From: an uncultured delta proteobacterium | GTDB lineage: Bacteria > Myxococcota_A > Polyangia > Polyangiales > Polyangiaceae | NCBI GenBank assembly: GCA_963850305.1 | Contig: CAWKKR010000007.1 | Coordinates: forward strand, 448,001-512,000 | Reading direction: 5' to 3' | Length of the DNA: 64,000 nucleotides | In this document: piece after piece, positions 30,891 through 41,407 of the stretch | Position numbering within the stretch: the first letter of the stretch is position 1 | Layout of the letters: each line of letters opens with the position of its first letter | Position numbers and translations under genes: made by a program | Notes under the pieces: model-generated | What the model was told of the DNA's origin: nothing | Seen by the model: the letters and a program-made list of their open reading frames with translations, nothing else | The model's database searches: none

Positions 30891-31940
30891 ATGGATCCTT
30901 TGCGTTCCTTTCGGTTCCTCGCGCCTTCCCGGATCGGTTGCGCGCGCCTCTTCACTGCGCTCCTGGCGCTATCCGTCGGTGGCTGCGGCAGCAAATCCGC
31001 CGGCAAGACGGGGACCGGGTGCGTTTCGGGCGAGTCGATAGCTTGCGCCGGCGTTCACGGGTGCCCGGGCTATCAGGTCTGTCGATCCGACGGGAGCGGC
31101 TACGAACCGTGCACCTGCGGTGACGGAGGCTCTCGCGCCTTCCCCCAGGTGGGCCCTTACTCGGGCCTCCTCGGCGCCGCGTGCAGCACGAACGACGATT
31201 GCCGGACCGGGTTCGACTGCGTGGCCGCGAGTTCGAACCTCATCAAGGGCGAGGGCCCGAGCTCCGGCATGTGTCTTCAGCAGTGCATCGTCGCCCACGA
31301 CTTCTGCACGAGCGTGGACGCGACCGCGCAGTGCGTGGTGCTCGACGACAAGGGAACGGCGGACACGTCCGACGACCTCTCGTATTGCATGCCGGGGTGC
31401 AAGATCGGAAAGCAGCCTGCATCGGCCGACAAGTGCCGCGGGCGCGTGGATCTCGTCTGCAGCGAGACCCCCGTGGGTTCCGGGGCAGGTTACTGCCGCC
31501 CCGCCTGTCGCAACGACGTCGACTGCGCTCCGCGGAAGTGCGACCTGAGGACGGGTCTGTGTGGCGACGCGACGCCGAGCGGCGATCCCATCGGCATCGC
31601 ATGCGCCCCGGGCAGCGCGACGTGCGCGGCGGCCTGTTACGCGGCCAGCGACACCTTCGACGAATGCAGCGGCGTGTGCAGCTACGGCACCGAAGGCTGC
31701 GGCCAGACGACGTTTCCGCCCCTCGACTTCTTCTGCGCCATACCCGTCGCAGCCGGCTCGGGCCCCGGCGACCTCGGCTACTGCGCGAAGCTCTGCGACT
31801 GTGATGACGACTGCGGCCGTCAAGACGCCGTCTGCGAAGCCGAGAGCAGTCTCGTGTCGAGCGCCGGTCGCCACGGTTACTGCGCGTCGAAAGCTCTGCC
31901 TACCGGCGGAACGCGGACCGGCCTGCCGTGCGCACAGTGA
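30891..31940 (+). CDS. Cys-rich lipoprotein
   Basis: VGGC lipobox; dense Cys modules; divergent from the giant protein. Confidence 0.8.
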   Translation: MDPLRSFRFLAPSRIGCARLFTALLALSVGGCGSKSAGKTGTGCVSGESIACAGVHGCPGYQVCRSDGSGYEPCTCGDGGSRAFPQVGPYSGLLGAACSTNDDCRTGFDCVAASSNLIKGEGPSSGMCLQQCIVAHDFCTSVDATAQCVVLDDKGTADTSDDLSYCMPGCKIGKQPASADKCRGRVDLVCSETPVGSGAGYCRPACRNDVDCAPRKCDLRTGLCGDATPSGDPIGIACAPGSATCAAACYAASDTFDECSGVCSYGTEGCGQTTFPPLDFFCAIPVAAGSGPGDLGYCAKLCDCDDDCGRQDAVCEAESSLVSSAGRHGYCASKALPTGGTRTGLPCAQ

Positions 31941-31970
31941 AGGGTGAGCGCCCGGGATACGAGGCGATGC

Positions 31971-33473
31971 TCAGCTCAGCTTCGCGCGGTGCGCGGCGAC
32001 CCACGGAGAGAGGCCGGACCTTTTCTCCGTGGCTCCGGCACTTGCGGATTTGACGTTGTCGGCGCGGTAGGCGGCCACGGCGATCGCCGCGGCGAGCCTC
32101 GCGCGGTCTTCGTGGGCAACGAGGGTGCCTTCGCAGAGCGCGGCGCGGTGTCGATCGATGAAGCCCGTGTCGTAGTGGCCCGCCGCGAACTCGGGGTGCT
32201 CGAAGAGACGTTCGTGGAACGGCAAGTTGGTCTGGATGCCGGCCACGACGTACTCGCCGATGGCGCGGCGCATGCGAGCGACGGCGCGCGCCCGATCGGG
32301 GGCCCAGACGCAGAGCTTCGAGATGAGCGGATCGTAGTTGGGGCTGATCGTGCAACCTTCGTACGCGCCGCCATCGTCGCGAATGCCGGGGCCACTCGGT
32401 GTTCGAAGCTTCGTGATCTTGCCGGGGCTCGGCAAAAAGCCCGTCGCCGGGTCTTCGGCGTAAACGCGGCACTCGATGGCCGCGCCCCTGCGCGTGACGT
32501 CCTTCTGCTCGTAGCCGAGCGACTCGCCCGCGGCGATGCGCACCATCTCGCGCACCAGATCGAAGCCGGTAATGAGCTCCGTCACGGGATGCTCGACCTG
32601 GAGGCGGGTGTTCATCTCGAGGAAGTAAAATTGTTTGTCCTGGCCGAGCAGGAACTCGAACGTGCCCGCCGAGAAGTAGCCGACGGCCTGCGCGCCCTTC
32701 ACCGCGACCTCGCCCATTTGCCGGACGAGGTCGTCGTCGATCGCGGGGCACGGCGTCTCTTCGACGACCTTCTGATGCCGGCGCTGGATCGAGCAGTCGC
32801 GCTCGAAGAAGTGGACCATGTTGCCGTCGCGATCGCCGAAGACCTGGATCTCGACGTGGCGTGGCTGAATGATGGCCTTCTCGATGTAGACCGTCTCGTC
32901 GCCGAAGGACTTCTTCGCTTCGCTCTTCGCGCGGTCTAGCGCGGCGCCGAGCTCCTCCTCTTTGTGGACGAGGCGCATGCCCTTGCCGCCGCCGCCCGCC
33001 GTCGCCTTCAGCATCACGGGGTAGCCGACGCGCTTCGCCGTCGCCTTCGCCTCTTCGACGTCACCGGCGGGACCGCCGGGAACGATGGGAACACCCGCCG
33101 CGGACATCCGGTCGCGCGCGGCCGTCTTGAGCCCCATCGCGCGCATCGCGCTCGCGGGCGGACCGATGAACGTGATTCCCGCGCGCTCGCACGCTTCCGG
33201 CAGCGCCGGGTTCTCGGACAGGAACCCGTAGCCCGGATTCAGCGCGTCGCAGCCCGAGCGCTTCGCGACGTCGATGAGCTTGTCGATACGGAGGTAGCTC
33301 TCCGACGCGGCCGCTGGCCCGATGGGATACGCCTCGTCCGCCATGCGCACGTGCAGGGCTTCGCGATCCGGCTCGCTGTAGACGGCGACGGCGCCGATGC
33401 CCATCTCGTGCAGCGTGCGCGTGACGCGCACCGCGATTTCACCTCGATTCGCGATGAGAACTTTGCGGAACAT
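31971..33473 (-). CDS. Acyl-CoA carboxylase, biotin carboxylase subunit
   Basis: IANRGEIA, PGYGFLSEN, GGGGKGM, RDCSIQRRHQK, EMNTRLQVEHPVTE. Confidence 0.95.
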   Translation of the reverse strand: MFRKVLIANRGEIAVRVTRTLHEMGIGAVAVYSEPDREALHVRMADEAYPIGPAAASESYLRIDKLIDVAKRSGCDALNPGYGFLSENPALPEACERAGITFIGPPASAMRAMGLKTAARDRMSAAGVPIVPGGPAGDVEEAKATAKRVGYPVMLKATAGGGGKGMRLVHKEEELGAALDRAKSEAKKSFGDETVYIEKAIIQPRHVEIQVFGDRDGNMVHFFERDCSIQRRHQKVVEETPCPAIDDDLVRQMGEVAVKGAQAVGYFSAGTFEFLLGQDKQFYFLEMNTRLQVEHPVTELITGFDLVREMVRIAAGESLGYEQKDVTRRGAAIECRVYAEDPATGFLPSPGKITKLRTPSGPGIRDDGGAYEGCTISPNYDPLISKLCVWAPDRARAVARMRRAIGEYVVAGIQTNLPFHERLFEHPEFAAGHYDTGFIDRHRAALCEGTLVAHEDRARLAAAIAVAAYRADNVKSASAGATEKRSGLSPWVAAHRAKLS

Positions 33474-33524
33474 TGCGGGCCGCTTCTAGCACGGAGTGCC
33501 GCGCGTGGCGGCCTCCTGGCTCTT

Positions 33525-33959
33525 CTACATTCTGAGCGTCGGCATCCCGGCTTCGGTCCAGCCTTTGATCCCGTCGGGCAGAACGTGGACGCGGGTGTAG
33601 CCGGCCTTGACGGCGCGGCTCGCGGCCGTCTGGGCCGCCCCGCACCAGGTGCTCGCGCAGTAGAAGACCATGGGCGTCCGCTTCGACGAGGGGAGCAGGT
33701 CCAGCGCGTAGTCATGGCTGCTCGGCAAAAGCGTTGCGCCGGGGATGACTCCGTATTCGTGCCGCGTCGTCGCTCCGTTCGCGTCATAAAGATGAGGAGG
33801 GTTGGCGCTCTTGAGGAGGCTCGCGAGCTGACCGACGGTCACCGGTTCGGCACGGCTGGCACGGCCCCCGCATCCGGCGGCTGCGAGAAGCGCCGCTGCG
33901 AGCACGGACCCCAGACGTCCACCCGTCAGGGTTTTCTTCGCGAATGGGAGGGTCTGCAC
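33525..33959 (-). CDS. Rhodanese-like domain lipoprotein
   Basis: IPGATL, VFYCASTWC, GIKGW. Confidence 0.85.
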   Translation of the reverse strand: MQTLPFAKKTLTGGRLGSVLAAALLAAAGCGGRASRAEPVTVGQLASLLKSANPPHLYDANGATTRHEYGVIPGATLLPSSHDYALDLLPSSKRTPMVFYCASTWCGAAQTAASRAVKAGYTRVHVLPDGIKGWTEAGMPTLRM

Positions 33960-34167
33960 CTTGGCTCAAATACGCCCCTCGAGGCGTCGAGGTTTCGCGG
34001 GCGGCATACTAAGCGTTCCTGGCCGTGCGGGGCCAGTTGCTACCCCGGGGGTCGGATCGACGCGGCAGGTACCTGTACACCCAAGCAGTCACCGCGACCG
34101 CCGGCGGCTCTGCCGCGCGCCCGAAAACTTCGGGGCTCGGCCGCGACCACCCTAGAATCCAGACTCC

Positions 34168-36342
34168 GTGATCTTGCTAGCCGGCGCCTTCGAGCTCGTG
34201 CCGCTGCTCGCCGTGCTGCTTCTCGCGGTGGTGCTGGCGCTGCCTGCCGCGCTCGTCGTTCCAATCCTCGGCGGCGTACTCCGGCTTCCCGTCCTCGGCG
34301 GCCTCGTGCTCGCGGCCCTCCTCGTCGCGGCGGTCTGGGTCGCGGAACGCGCGTTCCGGAGCGCCGAGACGCGACGCGTTCCCGTGTGGGCCTGTCGCCT
34401 CGACGTCCTCGGACGAAGCGAGGGCGTTCGCATCGAAACCGTCGGCGGCAGGGCGGTTTCGCTCGGCCGCCTCGCGCGCCTCGGCGTTCCCGTGCCGGAT
34501 GGAATCGTTCTCACCTCGGAGCTGGTCGAGCGGATCCGACTCGCGGCGGGTGGCGAGCAGGACATCGAGCGCGTGTGGCGGGTCTTGCCGAGCCCGGCGC
34601 GGCGGGAACTCGACGCGTTTCTCGACGGTGCGAAGGGGAAGGTCGTCGTTCGTGCGTCGTTCACCGACCATGGGCCGAAGCACTCGTACGCCGGGGTCTT
34701 CCCGTCGGTGCGCGACGTCGATCCGGGGAGTCGCGAGGCGCTGATCGCGTCGATTCTCTCCGTCCTGGGGTCGTCCGATGATGCCATCGGGCGCGAGTAT
34801 CGACGCCGTCGCGGCGCGGGTCCGGGTGTTGCGCGCGCCGTCGTCGTGCAGCGTCAGATTGACGGGGAGGTGGCGGGCGCGATGGTCTCGCGGGGTCCCA
34901 GCGCGATGGCGGATTCGGTCATCGTGGACGTGGCGCGCCGGCGGTCGCCGCTGAGGTCTTTTCACTATGATCTCGTCGAAGGCAAAGCCGCGCCGCTCGG
35001 ATTCGAGGATAGCGCGGGCACTCCGGCGTGGATGCACCGTCTCGCTGTCCTTGCCGTGACGCTCGAGGCGGAGTTCGGGGGCCCCGTGAAGGTCGAGTAC
35101 GCGGTGGAGGACGGTCAGCCCTATGTCCTCGACGTGCGACGGATCACCGTCCCCGAGCGCAAGACGTGGGTGCACGCGCGTCCGCTCGACGCGTCGACGG
35201 AGCGCATGGTCCCCTTCGCGCTCGAGCTGCGGGGCGGCTTGCCGCTGGTGAGGCGCGTGCTCGAAAGGATGCTCGAACGCGCAGGCGCTGCAGGCCCCGT
35301 GAGAGAAGACGAGGTCCGTTACGCCGACGGCCTGGTGTACGTCGACGCCGAGGTCGTTCGAAGAGCTCTTGCGCGGCTGGGCGCGGACGTGCTGCTCAGT
35401 GGTGGGCTCACGGCGACGTTACGGTCGACGGCGGCCGTCAAGCCGCGGCCGCTCCCTTCGGTCCCCACCGTCACGGAGATCACGAAGGACGCGTGGCCCG
35501 AGCTCCGCGCTTGGCACGGCGAGCATCTACTCGGAGCTGCCAGCGTGCGACTCGAGCTCGTCGCTCGGGAATGGCTCATCCACACGCTCCTTCGTCTGGT
35601 CGACGGCGACGGCACTTCGAAGGAAGCTCGCCGGGGACATCCTGCGCTCAGGTGGCTGCTCCGGAGACGGGTGCGTCAAGCGAGCGACGAGGCGGAGCGC
35701 CAGCGCGGGGTTCTCGAAAAGGCGGAGGCCGAGCTCGGGAGCGCGGTTGCGCGCGTCCTGGCTCGCAGCGCCGGCGGCTGGAATGCGATGTTCAAGGGCG
35801 ACCGGCATCTCCACGCGACGCTCGACGAGATCGATCGATGGCAGGCGGAGCCCGGCGCTCGCGAGGCCCTCGAGACCGAGTGGCGAAGTCGGGGCGTCGC
35901 GTTCGACCGGCGCAAGGACCAACCGATGATGGCGCGGGTGCACCGTCCGGCCTTGCCGGAGCAACCTGCCGACGCGGTTCCCGTGACCGGTCCGATGTCG
36001 ATCGCACCGGGACGAACCTCCTCGCGCGCGAAAGTTCCGAAGCTCGCGGGTGTCGCGGCTGCCGGCGGCATCGGGAAAGGTCCACTCGTGCTCCTGGCCG
36101 GCCACGAGCCGGGCAAGGGTGAAGGAGCGATCATCGCACTCGCCGAGATGCGACCCGAGCTCTCGGCGGAGGTCTACGACGCGCGCGGAGTCGTCTTGCT
36201 CTCGGGCGGACTCGCGTCGTCCGTCGTCGAGCTCGCGGCCGAGCTCGGCGTGCCGGCGGTGCTGTGCCCGGGCGCGCGCGGGTTCGCGACCGAAGACGTT
36301 ACCATCGACGGCTCCACGGGCACCGTGCAGGTGCACCGATGA
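34168..36342 (+). CDS. Membrane-anchored PEP-synthase/PPDK-like protein (ATP-grasp + mobile domain), degenerate
   Basis: VGGRA...GVPVPDG, VRAS, SYAG, VVVQRQ, ELGVPAV, VTIDGSTGTV. Confidence 0.75.
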   Translation: MILLAGAFELVPLLAVLLLAVVLALPAALVVPILGGVLRLPVLGGLVLAALLVAAVWVAERAFRSAETRRVPVWACRLDVLGRSEGVRIETVGGRAVSLGRLARLGVPVPDGIVLTSELVERIRLAAGGEQDIERVWRVLPSPARRELDAFLDGAKGKVVVRASFTDHGPKHSYAGVFPSVRDVDPGSREALIASILSVLGSSDDAIGREYRRRRGAGPGVARAVVVQRQIDGEVAGAMVSRGPSAMADSVIVDVARRRSPLRSFHYDLVEGKAAPLGFEDSAGTPAWMHRLAVLAVTLEAEFGGPVKVEYAVEDGQPYVLDVRRITVPERKTWVHARPLDASTERMVPFALELRGGLPLVRRVLERMLERAGAAGPVREDEVRYADGLVYVDAEVVRRALARLGADVLLSGGLTATLRSTAAVKPRPLPSVPTVTEITKDAWPELRAWHGEHLLGAASVRLELVAREWLIHTLLRLVDGDGTSKEARRGHPALRWLLRRRVRQASDEAERQRGVLEKAEAELGSAVARVLARSAGGWNAMFKGDRHLHATLDEIDRWQAEPGAREALETEWRSRGVAFDRRKDQPMMARVHRPALPEQPADAVPVTGPMSIAPGRTSSRAKVPKLAGVAAAGGIGKGPLVLLAGHEPGKGEGAIIALAEMRPELSAEVYDARGVVLLSGGLASSVVELAAELGVPAVLCPGARGFATEDVTIDGSTGTVQVHR

Positions 36343-37866
36343 TGCCGCTCGTCCTCGCTGCCTATGCCGCGTTCGCCCCGACGATCTTTCTCGCTCTGCT
36401 CGGTGCGGCCCGCTTCATCGCCGCGAAGCTTTCGTCGGGGGAGTTTTCGTGGGTTCGGTACGGTGCGTGGCTCGCCACCGCGCTCGTGGGTGGGCTATTG
36501 CTCCTCGCCGCCCGTACCACGGTGGTGTTTCTCGCGGTCGCGGTGACCCTCGTTGCCTGGGTGCTGCTCAGGGCTGCCGCGGACGCGCAGTCCACGACGC
36601 TCCGCGAGAAGGTCGGCTTCATTCAGCTCTACGCGGGTCTCTCGCTCGTGGAGTACGGCGCGCTCGATCGCGTGGGAGCGCTCGACGGGACTCATGCGTC
36701 GAGGTCGTTCACGTTCGCGCTCCACGATTACCTGGGTCATCTTCTTCTGCCGATCCCGTCGCTCCTCGTCGGGTGGATACCCGCGCCGTCGTGGGCGCAG
36801 CCGGGCGCCATCGCCGGCGCCGTCGCCACTCTGCTGGCCGGGCACTTTCTCCTCGCGGCGGCGCTCTCCACCTTCGCCGTCACGGCGTTTGCCTACGCCT
36901 ATTTCGCCGAGCACACGACCCCGGAGGTCGGTATCGCCCTCCTGCCCGCGCCGAATCTGGTGGCCTTCCTGTTCGCCGGGATTCTCGATCCTCGCCGCCG
37001 TTCTGCCCGAGAAGAGCGTCGCGCGGTTCGCGGCTTCGCTGATTTCGCTGTTCCTCACTCCGTTCTTTGCGGCCGAGGGTGTCTGGGTCGTGCACCGTCT
37101 CCTCGGGCGCCTGCGGACGCGGACGCTCGTGTCGACCCTCATCGCCGGAGCGGCGGTCATCGTGCCCGCCCTCGCCGTTGGGCTCGCCGCGCTGGGCTGG
37201 GCGTTCGACCTCGTCCGGGTCCGTGCGTTCGAGCCGATTCTCGGCGACGTGAAGCGCTCCGAGTCGCGCCCGCGCCTTCGAAGCGCGTTCACTTTGTCCT
37301 TAGGCGCTGCGGCCATCCTGGCCCTGCTCGCGCTCGCCGATCGGCAGGCACTGCGGCGCGCATCGCCGATGATAGAGGAGTCGTCCCACGTGTGCGGCAC
37401 GACGACGCTCGTGCCTTCGTCGGGAAGCGTGCTGGTCAGCGGGCCCGGGACGCACTACTCAATCGATGCCGATGAAACGCCGCTGCCGGCCCCTTCGCTC
37501 GACGCCGCGCGGAGCGCCTGCACGGCGCGCGGCGAGCGATTGTGCACGTCCGACGAATGGTACCGCGCGTGCGTGTGCACCTACCCCGACGAGTCTCTCG
37601 GCGGTCCCAAGGTCTTTTCCAACGACAAGATCGTGTACCGGCAAGACGGCGATCGTGCCGGGGCGACCGAGGACGTCCGCCGGTTGCTTTCGGGCGCGAG
37701 CGAGGTCGTCGCGCCCGAAGTCCGAGGCGGTGCGATCCTTCTCGCGGGCGCGAACGACGCCGTCGACGACGCGTGGACGGCCGACTGCCGTTACCGCGCG
37801 CTCGTGACGGCACGCGCACTCGAGGGGGATGTGGCGAAGGTCATTGCGGTGCGCTGCTGTCGCTGA
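36339..37866 (+). CDS. Polytopic membrane protein with C-terminal FGE/C-lectin-like Cys domain (apparent frameshift ~36980)
   Basis: ATGA overlap with the upstream gene; ACTARGERLCTSDEW.RAC...RCC; 509 codons when repaired. Confidence 0.65.
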
Positions 37867-39037
37867 CGGGTTTTTGCCCGGGCGGTCCGAGCCGCATGCA
37901 CGAGTGCAGGTCCGGCTCTCCGACGTCCGTGCCGCCGATCCCGTTCGACAGGCGCGCGATCGCTCGCTCGAAGATGCCCTCTTCTTCCGGGCGAGTCGTG
38001 CCTGCGAGCAACTTGGGCTCGCCGTCCACGATGAGGTAGGGGCAAGCGTCGACTTCGGCGCCGCTCTGCGAGAACGCGACTCTCGCGAAGAAGCTTCGCG
38101 CCGTCCACGGATCTTTCGGATCTTCTTCCGCGACCAGGTTACCGAGGCCATAAAACACCGGGCGCCCGGAGACCCACCCCACGCCGAGCGGTGCACGCGC
38201 GCCGTGCTCGAAGACCGCGTCGGCGCCCGCGGCGATCGCTGCATGTGCGACCGCAATCTGAGCGTCGCTCGGCGACTCACCGGAAGCGGTTCCCCCATGA
38301 TAACTCACGAGCACGAGATCGTTGCTGCTTCGCGCGGCCTTCACGGCAACGGCCAGCCGATCGGGGCTTGCGTCCGCGACGCGATGGCGACCTTCCTTGG
38401 ACGCGGCGTCTTTGTCGGGCCAATCCGTGACGGCGAAGACGGCGATGGACCAACCCCTCACGTGAAGCTCGGCCGGAGCGTCCGTCTTGGCGACGTCCCG
38501 GTTCGCGCCCGCCACTGCAATCCCTGCTCGCGAGAGGTTCGCGAGGGTGTCGTCGAACGGGCCCTCTCCGGACGACCAGAGTTCGTCGTTCCCGACGGAG
38601 AGGAACCCGAGCCGCGCACGCGCGAGCGCGGCCGCCGCCCCGGGCGGCCCCACCGGTGTCACGAGTCGGCCCGCCGCTGCCGGCTTGTCGCTGATCGGCG
38701 ATATCAGGTTCGCGACGCGCAGATCTGCGTCGTCGAGGACGGGCCGGAGTCCCGCGAGCGGGTCGTAACTCTTGTCGGCGTCGATGAACGAGCGCACGTT
38801 GCCGCCGAGCGCGATATCTCCCGCCGCGACCACGACGACACGGTCGGCTCGCTCGCGCGCCGCTGCCGCTGACGTCGCACGCGCCGGCGGCGCCTTCGGG
38901 GCCGCGTTCGCGCTCCCGCCGGCACTGGCCGACGGTGCGCCCAGAACTCGGTGGAAGTCGAAGCTGTCGCACCCGACGAGCCACAGAAGCGCGATGGATA
39001 GAACCAAACCACTCCGGCGGAGCTGCGATGGACGCAC
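37841..39037 (-). CDS. CapA/PgsA-family lipoprotein, degenerate active site
   Basis: AAGDI, ANL, AGAN, SYHGG, AGAD, FYGLGNL. Confidence 0.8.
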   Translation of the reverse strand: MRPSQLRRSGLVLSIALLWLVGCDSFDFHRVLGAPSASAGGSANAAPKAPPARATSAAAARERADRVVVVAAGDIALGGNVRSFIDADKSYDPLAGLRPVLDDADLRVANLISPISDKPAAAGRLVTPVGPPGAAAALARARLGFLSVGNDELWSSGEGPFDDTLANLSRAGIAVAGANRDVAKTDAPAELHVRGWSIAVFAVTDWPDKDAASKEGRHRVADASPDRLAVAVKAARSSNDLVLVSYHGGTASGESPSDAQIAVAHAAIAAGADAVFEHGARAPLGVGWVSGRPVFYGLGNLVAEEDPKDPWTARSFFARVAFSQSGAEVDACPYLIVDGEPKLLAGTTRPEEEGIFERAIARLSNGIGGTDVGEPDLHSCMRLGPPGQKPVSDSSAPQ

Positions 39038-39085
39038 GACCCTCTATCCTAGAGCGAAGGCCGGCCTCAAGTCCCGCCCGTTTTC

Positions 39086-40324
39086 TTAGAATGTCAGGCT
39101 TCGATCGGCGAAGAACTCGCCAAGGCGCTCGCCGACGTAGGTCATGGCGTGTCGATCGGCATCGGTGAACGCGCCCCGCCGTGTCGGATCCACGAGTTCG
39201 ATGGCGCCGAGATGCCGTCCGTCGAAGTGCACCGGCGCGCAGAGTACCTGTCGCGAAGGGTGAATTGGTCGAAACCGACTCCCCGTGAACCACCCCGCAT
39301 TCGCGGCATCTGCCGTGACGGCCTGCATTTTCTCGAGCGCGTGCCGGAGCAGCGGGTCCGTCTCCGCCGCCCGCGTTCCGATGACCTCCGCGTGCCGCTC
39401 TCCCGCCGCCGCGACAATGACGAAATCACGCGTCCCTACATCCGAGACATGGACGAACCCCGCCGCCGACGGGATGGCTTCGAGCGCCGTTCGCAGAACC
39501 AGCGATGCTCCCTGGACGACGTCCTCCGACCGCCGCAGGGCGTGCAACGCTTCGATGACCGCGAGCAACGGGTCGGCCATCCCCTCCGGCGGTGGTCGCA
39601 CCGACGGCTCGCGGGCGCTTTCCGGGGGAAGGCGTCCGCCTCCGTGGTTCTCCGGCACAGGCGAGCGCAGAGTGTCTCGCTGGTCCGACTCCGGGTGCGC
39701 ACTCCAGCGCTCTTCGGGCGGCGGCGCGACCTTCTGGGAGCCGCGTACGTCGCCGCCGAGCTCGCGAAGCGATGACTCCGGCCACACGTCGGGAGGCGGG
39801 CTGGGTGTGGTGTGTCGCGCGCGCGCCCGCTCGATCTCGAGTGCCGTGCGAAGGGCCGAGATGGCGCCGGCGGTGTCGCCGATCGCCTCGTACACGCCGC
39901 TCAACTTTTCGAACGCGAGGGCGGCGCGCGGCAGCTCCGTGGGCTCCCGCACGAAGTGATCGTGAAGCGCCGCCGCACGCGTGCGAAGGACGGCGGCAAG
40001 CTCCTCGTCCTCCCGGTGGTTCCGGTACAGATCGACGAGGTGCTCGGCGGCCCGCATGTTCAGCGGATCACGCTCGAGCGCGGCCTCCAGCAGATGAATA
40101 CTCCCCCGCTCGTCCCCGAGGGTCTCGAGCTTCACTCGCGCTGCTTCGGTCAACCAGTGGCTTGCGGCGACATTCTGGTCCGTCCGCCCCGCAGCGCCCT
40201 CGAGCAACGAAGCATACGTCCTCGGATCCTTCCCGACGGCCTCGTAAACCGCGAACAGCGCGCGCTGGTCGAACGGTTGATCCAGAAGGCTCTGGGTTAA
40301 GGACGTCTGCTCCGCCAGGTTCAT
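39086..40324 (-). CDS. TPR-like + GAF domain protein
   Basis: ALERDPLN helical repeats; LCAPVHFDGRHLGAIELVD...FTDAD. Confidence 0.75.
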   Translation of the reverse strand: MNLAEQTSLTQSLLDQPFDQRALFAVYEAVGKDPRTYASLLEGAAGRTDQNVAASHWLTEAARVKLETLGDERGSIHLLEAALERDPLNMRAAEHLVDLYRNHREDEELAAVLRTRAAALHDHFVREPTELPRAALAFEKLSGVYEAIGDTAGAISALRTALEIERARARHTTPSPPPDVWPESSLRELGGDVRGSQKVAPPPEERWSAHPESDQRDTLRSPVPENHGGGRLPPESAREPSVRPPPEGMADPLLAVIEALHALRRSEDVVQGASLVLRTALEAIPSAAGFVHVSDVGTRDFVIVAAAGERHAEVIGTRAAETDPLLRHALEKMQAVTADAANAGWFTGSRFRPIHPSRQVLCAPVHFDGRHLGAIELVDPTRRGAFTDADRHAMTYVGERLGEFFADRSLTF

Positions 40325-40604
40325 TCTAGTCCCCCAAAGGACCGGATACTGCTCCTCGGTAGCACGAACTCGGACCGAGAGGCACCGGTCTCGGCGGAAC
40401 CGCCGTCTGCCCCATTAATCCCCGTCCTCGAATGATCTGGGGACACCCACAGAATTGCAAAGATGTTTCGCGCTCGAGGCGTTCCGCGACGCCTGCGCGA
40501 AACACGATTCATCGCGCCTCTACGCACCGTCCGCCATGCGCGGTAGTGGTACGGGTCCGTGGCGTTCACGTCGGCCTGGCGACGGGCAGCGCAAAGGAGA
40601 ATCG

Positions 40605-41390
40605 ATGTCCGACCGAGTAACGTTGAGCGTCACCGACGGAGTCGCGGATGTCCGGCTCAATCGCCCGGAGAAGATGAACGCCATCGACGCGGCGATGTTC
40701 GAGGGTCTGGTCGAAGTGGGAAAGCGTGTGGCCGATGACCGCCGGATTCGCGCCGTCGTGCTGAGCGGCGAGGGCCGCGCGTTCTCGGCGGGCCTGGATT
40801 TCAAGAGTTTTCTGTCGGAAGACGGCGGGGATTTGCTCGCGCACGAGCCGGGTAGCGTTGCAAACCGCGCGCAGCGCGCCGCATGGATCTGGCAGGAGGT
40901 CCCCGTTCCCGTCATCGCTGCGGTCCACGGAGTCGCGTTCGGCGGTGGACTGCAGATCGCCCTGGGTGCGGATCTCCGATATGCGGCCGCGGACGCCGAG
41001 CTGTCCGTCATGGAGATTCGCTGGGGTCTGGTCCCCGACATGAGCGGGACTCAAACACTGCGCCGACTCGTGCGCCTGGATGTCGCGAAGGAGCTGACAT
41101 TCACCGGTCGGATCATATCGGGGACGGAAGCGCACGCGCTCGGCCTCGTCACCCGTATCGCGGTATCGCCGCTCGAGGCAGCGCTCGCCGCGGCGCGTGA
41201 GATTGCCGCAAAGTCGCCGCACGCAATCCGAGCTTCGAAGAAACTCCTGAATGCCTCCGGTCTGACGACGCTCGAGGACGGGCTCGCGCTGGAAGAAGAG
41301 TTGCAGGGCGGCCTTCTCGGGTCCGAAAACCAGATCGAAGCGGTCATGGCCAATCTCGAAAAGCGAGGTCCCCGTTTCCAGGATCCGTGA
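40605..41390 (+). CDS. Enoyl-CoA hydratase/isomerase
   Basis: LNRPEKMNA, AFSAGLD, AFGGGLQIALGAD, GLVPD; AAGGAG RBS. Confidence 0.93.
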   Translation: MSDRVTLSVTDGVADVRLNRPEKMNAIDAAMFEGLVEVGKRVADDRRIRAVVLSGEGRAFSAGLDFKSFLSEDGGDLLAHEPGSVANRAQRAAWIWQEVPVPVIAAVHGVAFGGGLQIALGADLRYAAADAELSVMEIRWGLVPDMSGTQTLRRLVRLDVAKELTFTGRIISGTEAHALGLVTRIAVSPLEAALAAAREIAAKSPHAIRASKKLLNASGLTTLEDGLALEEELQGGLLGSENQIEAVMANLEKRGPRFQDP

Positions 41391-41407
41391 CCGAGGCCTG
41401 GCTTCGG

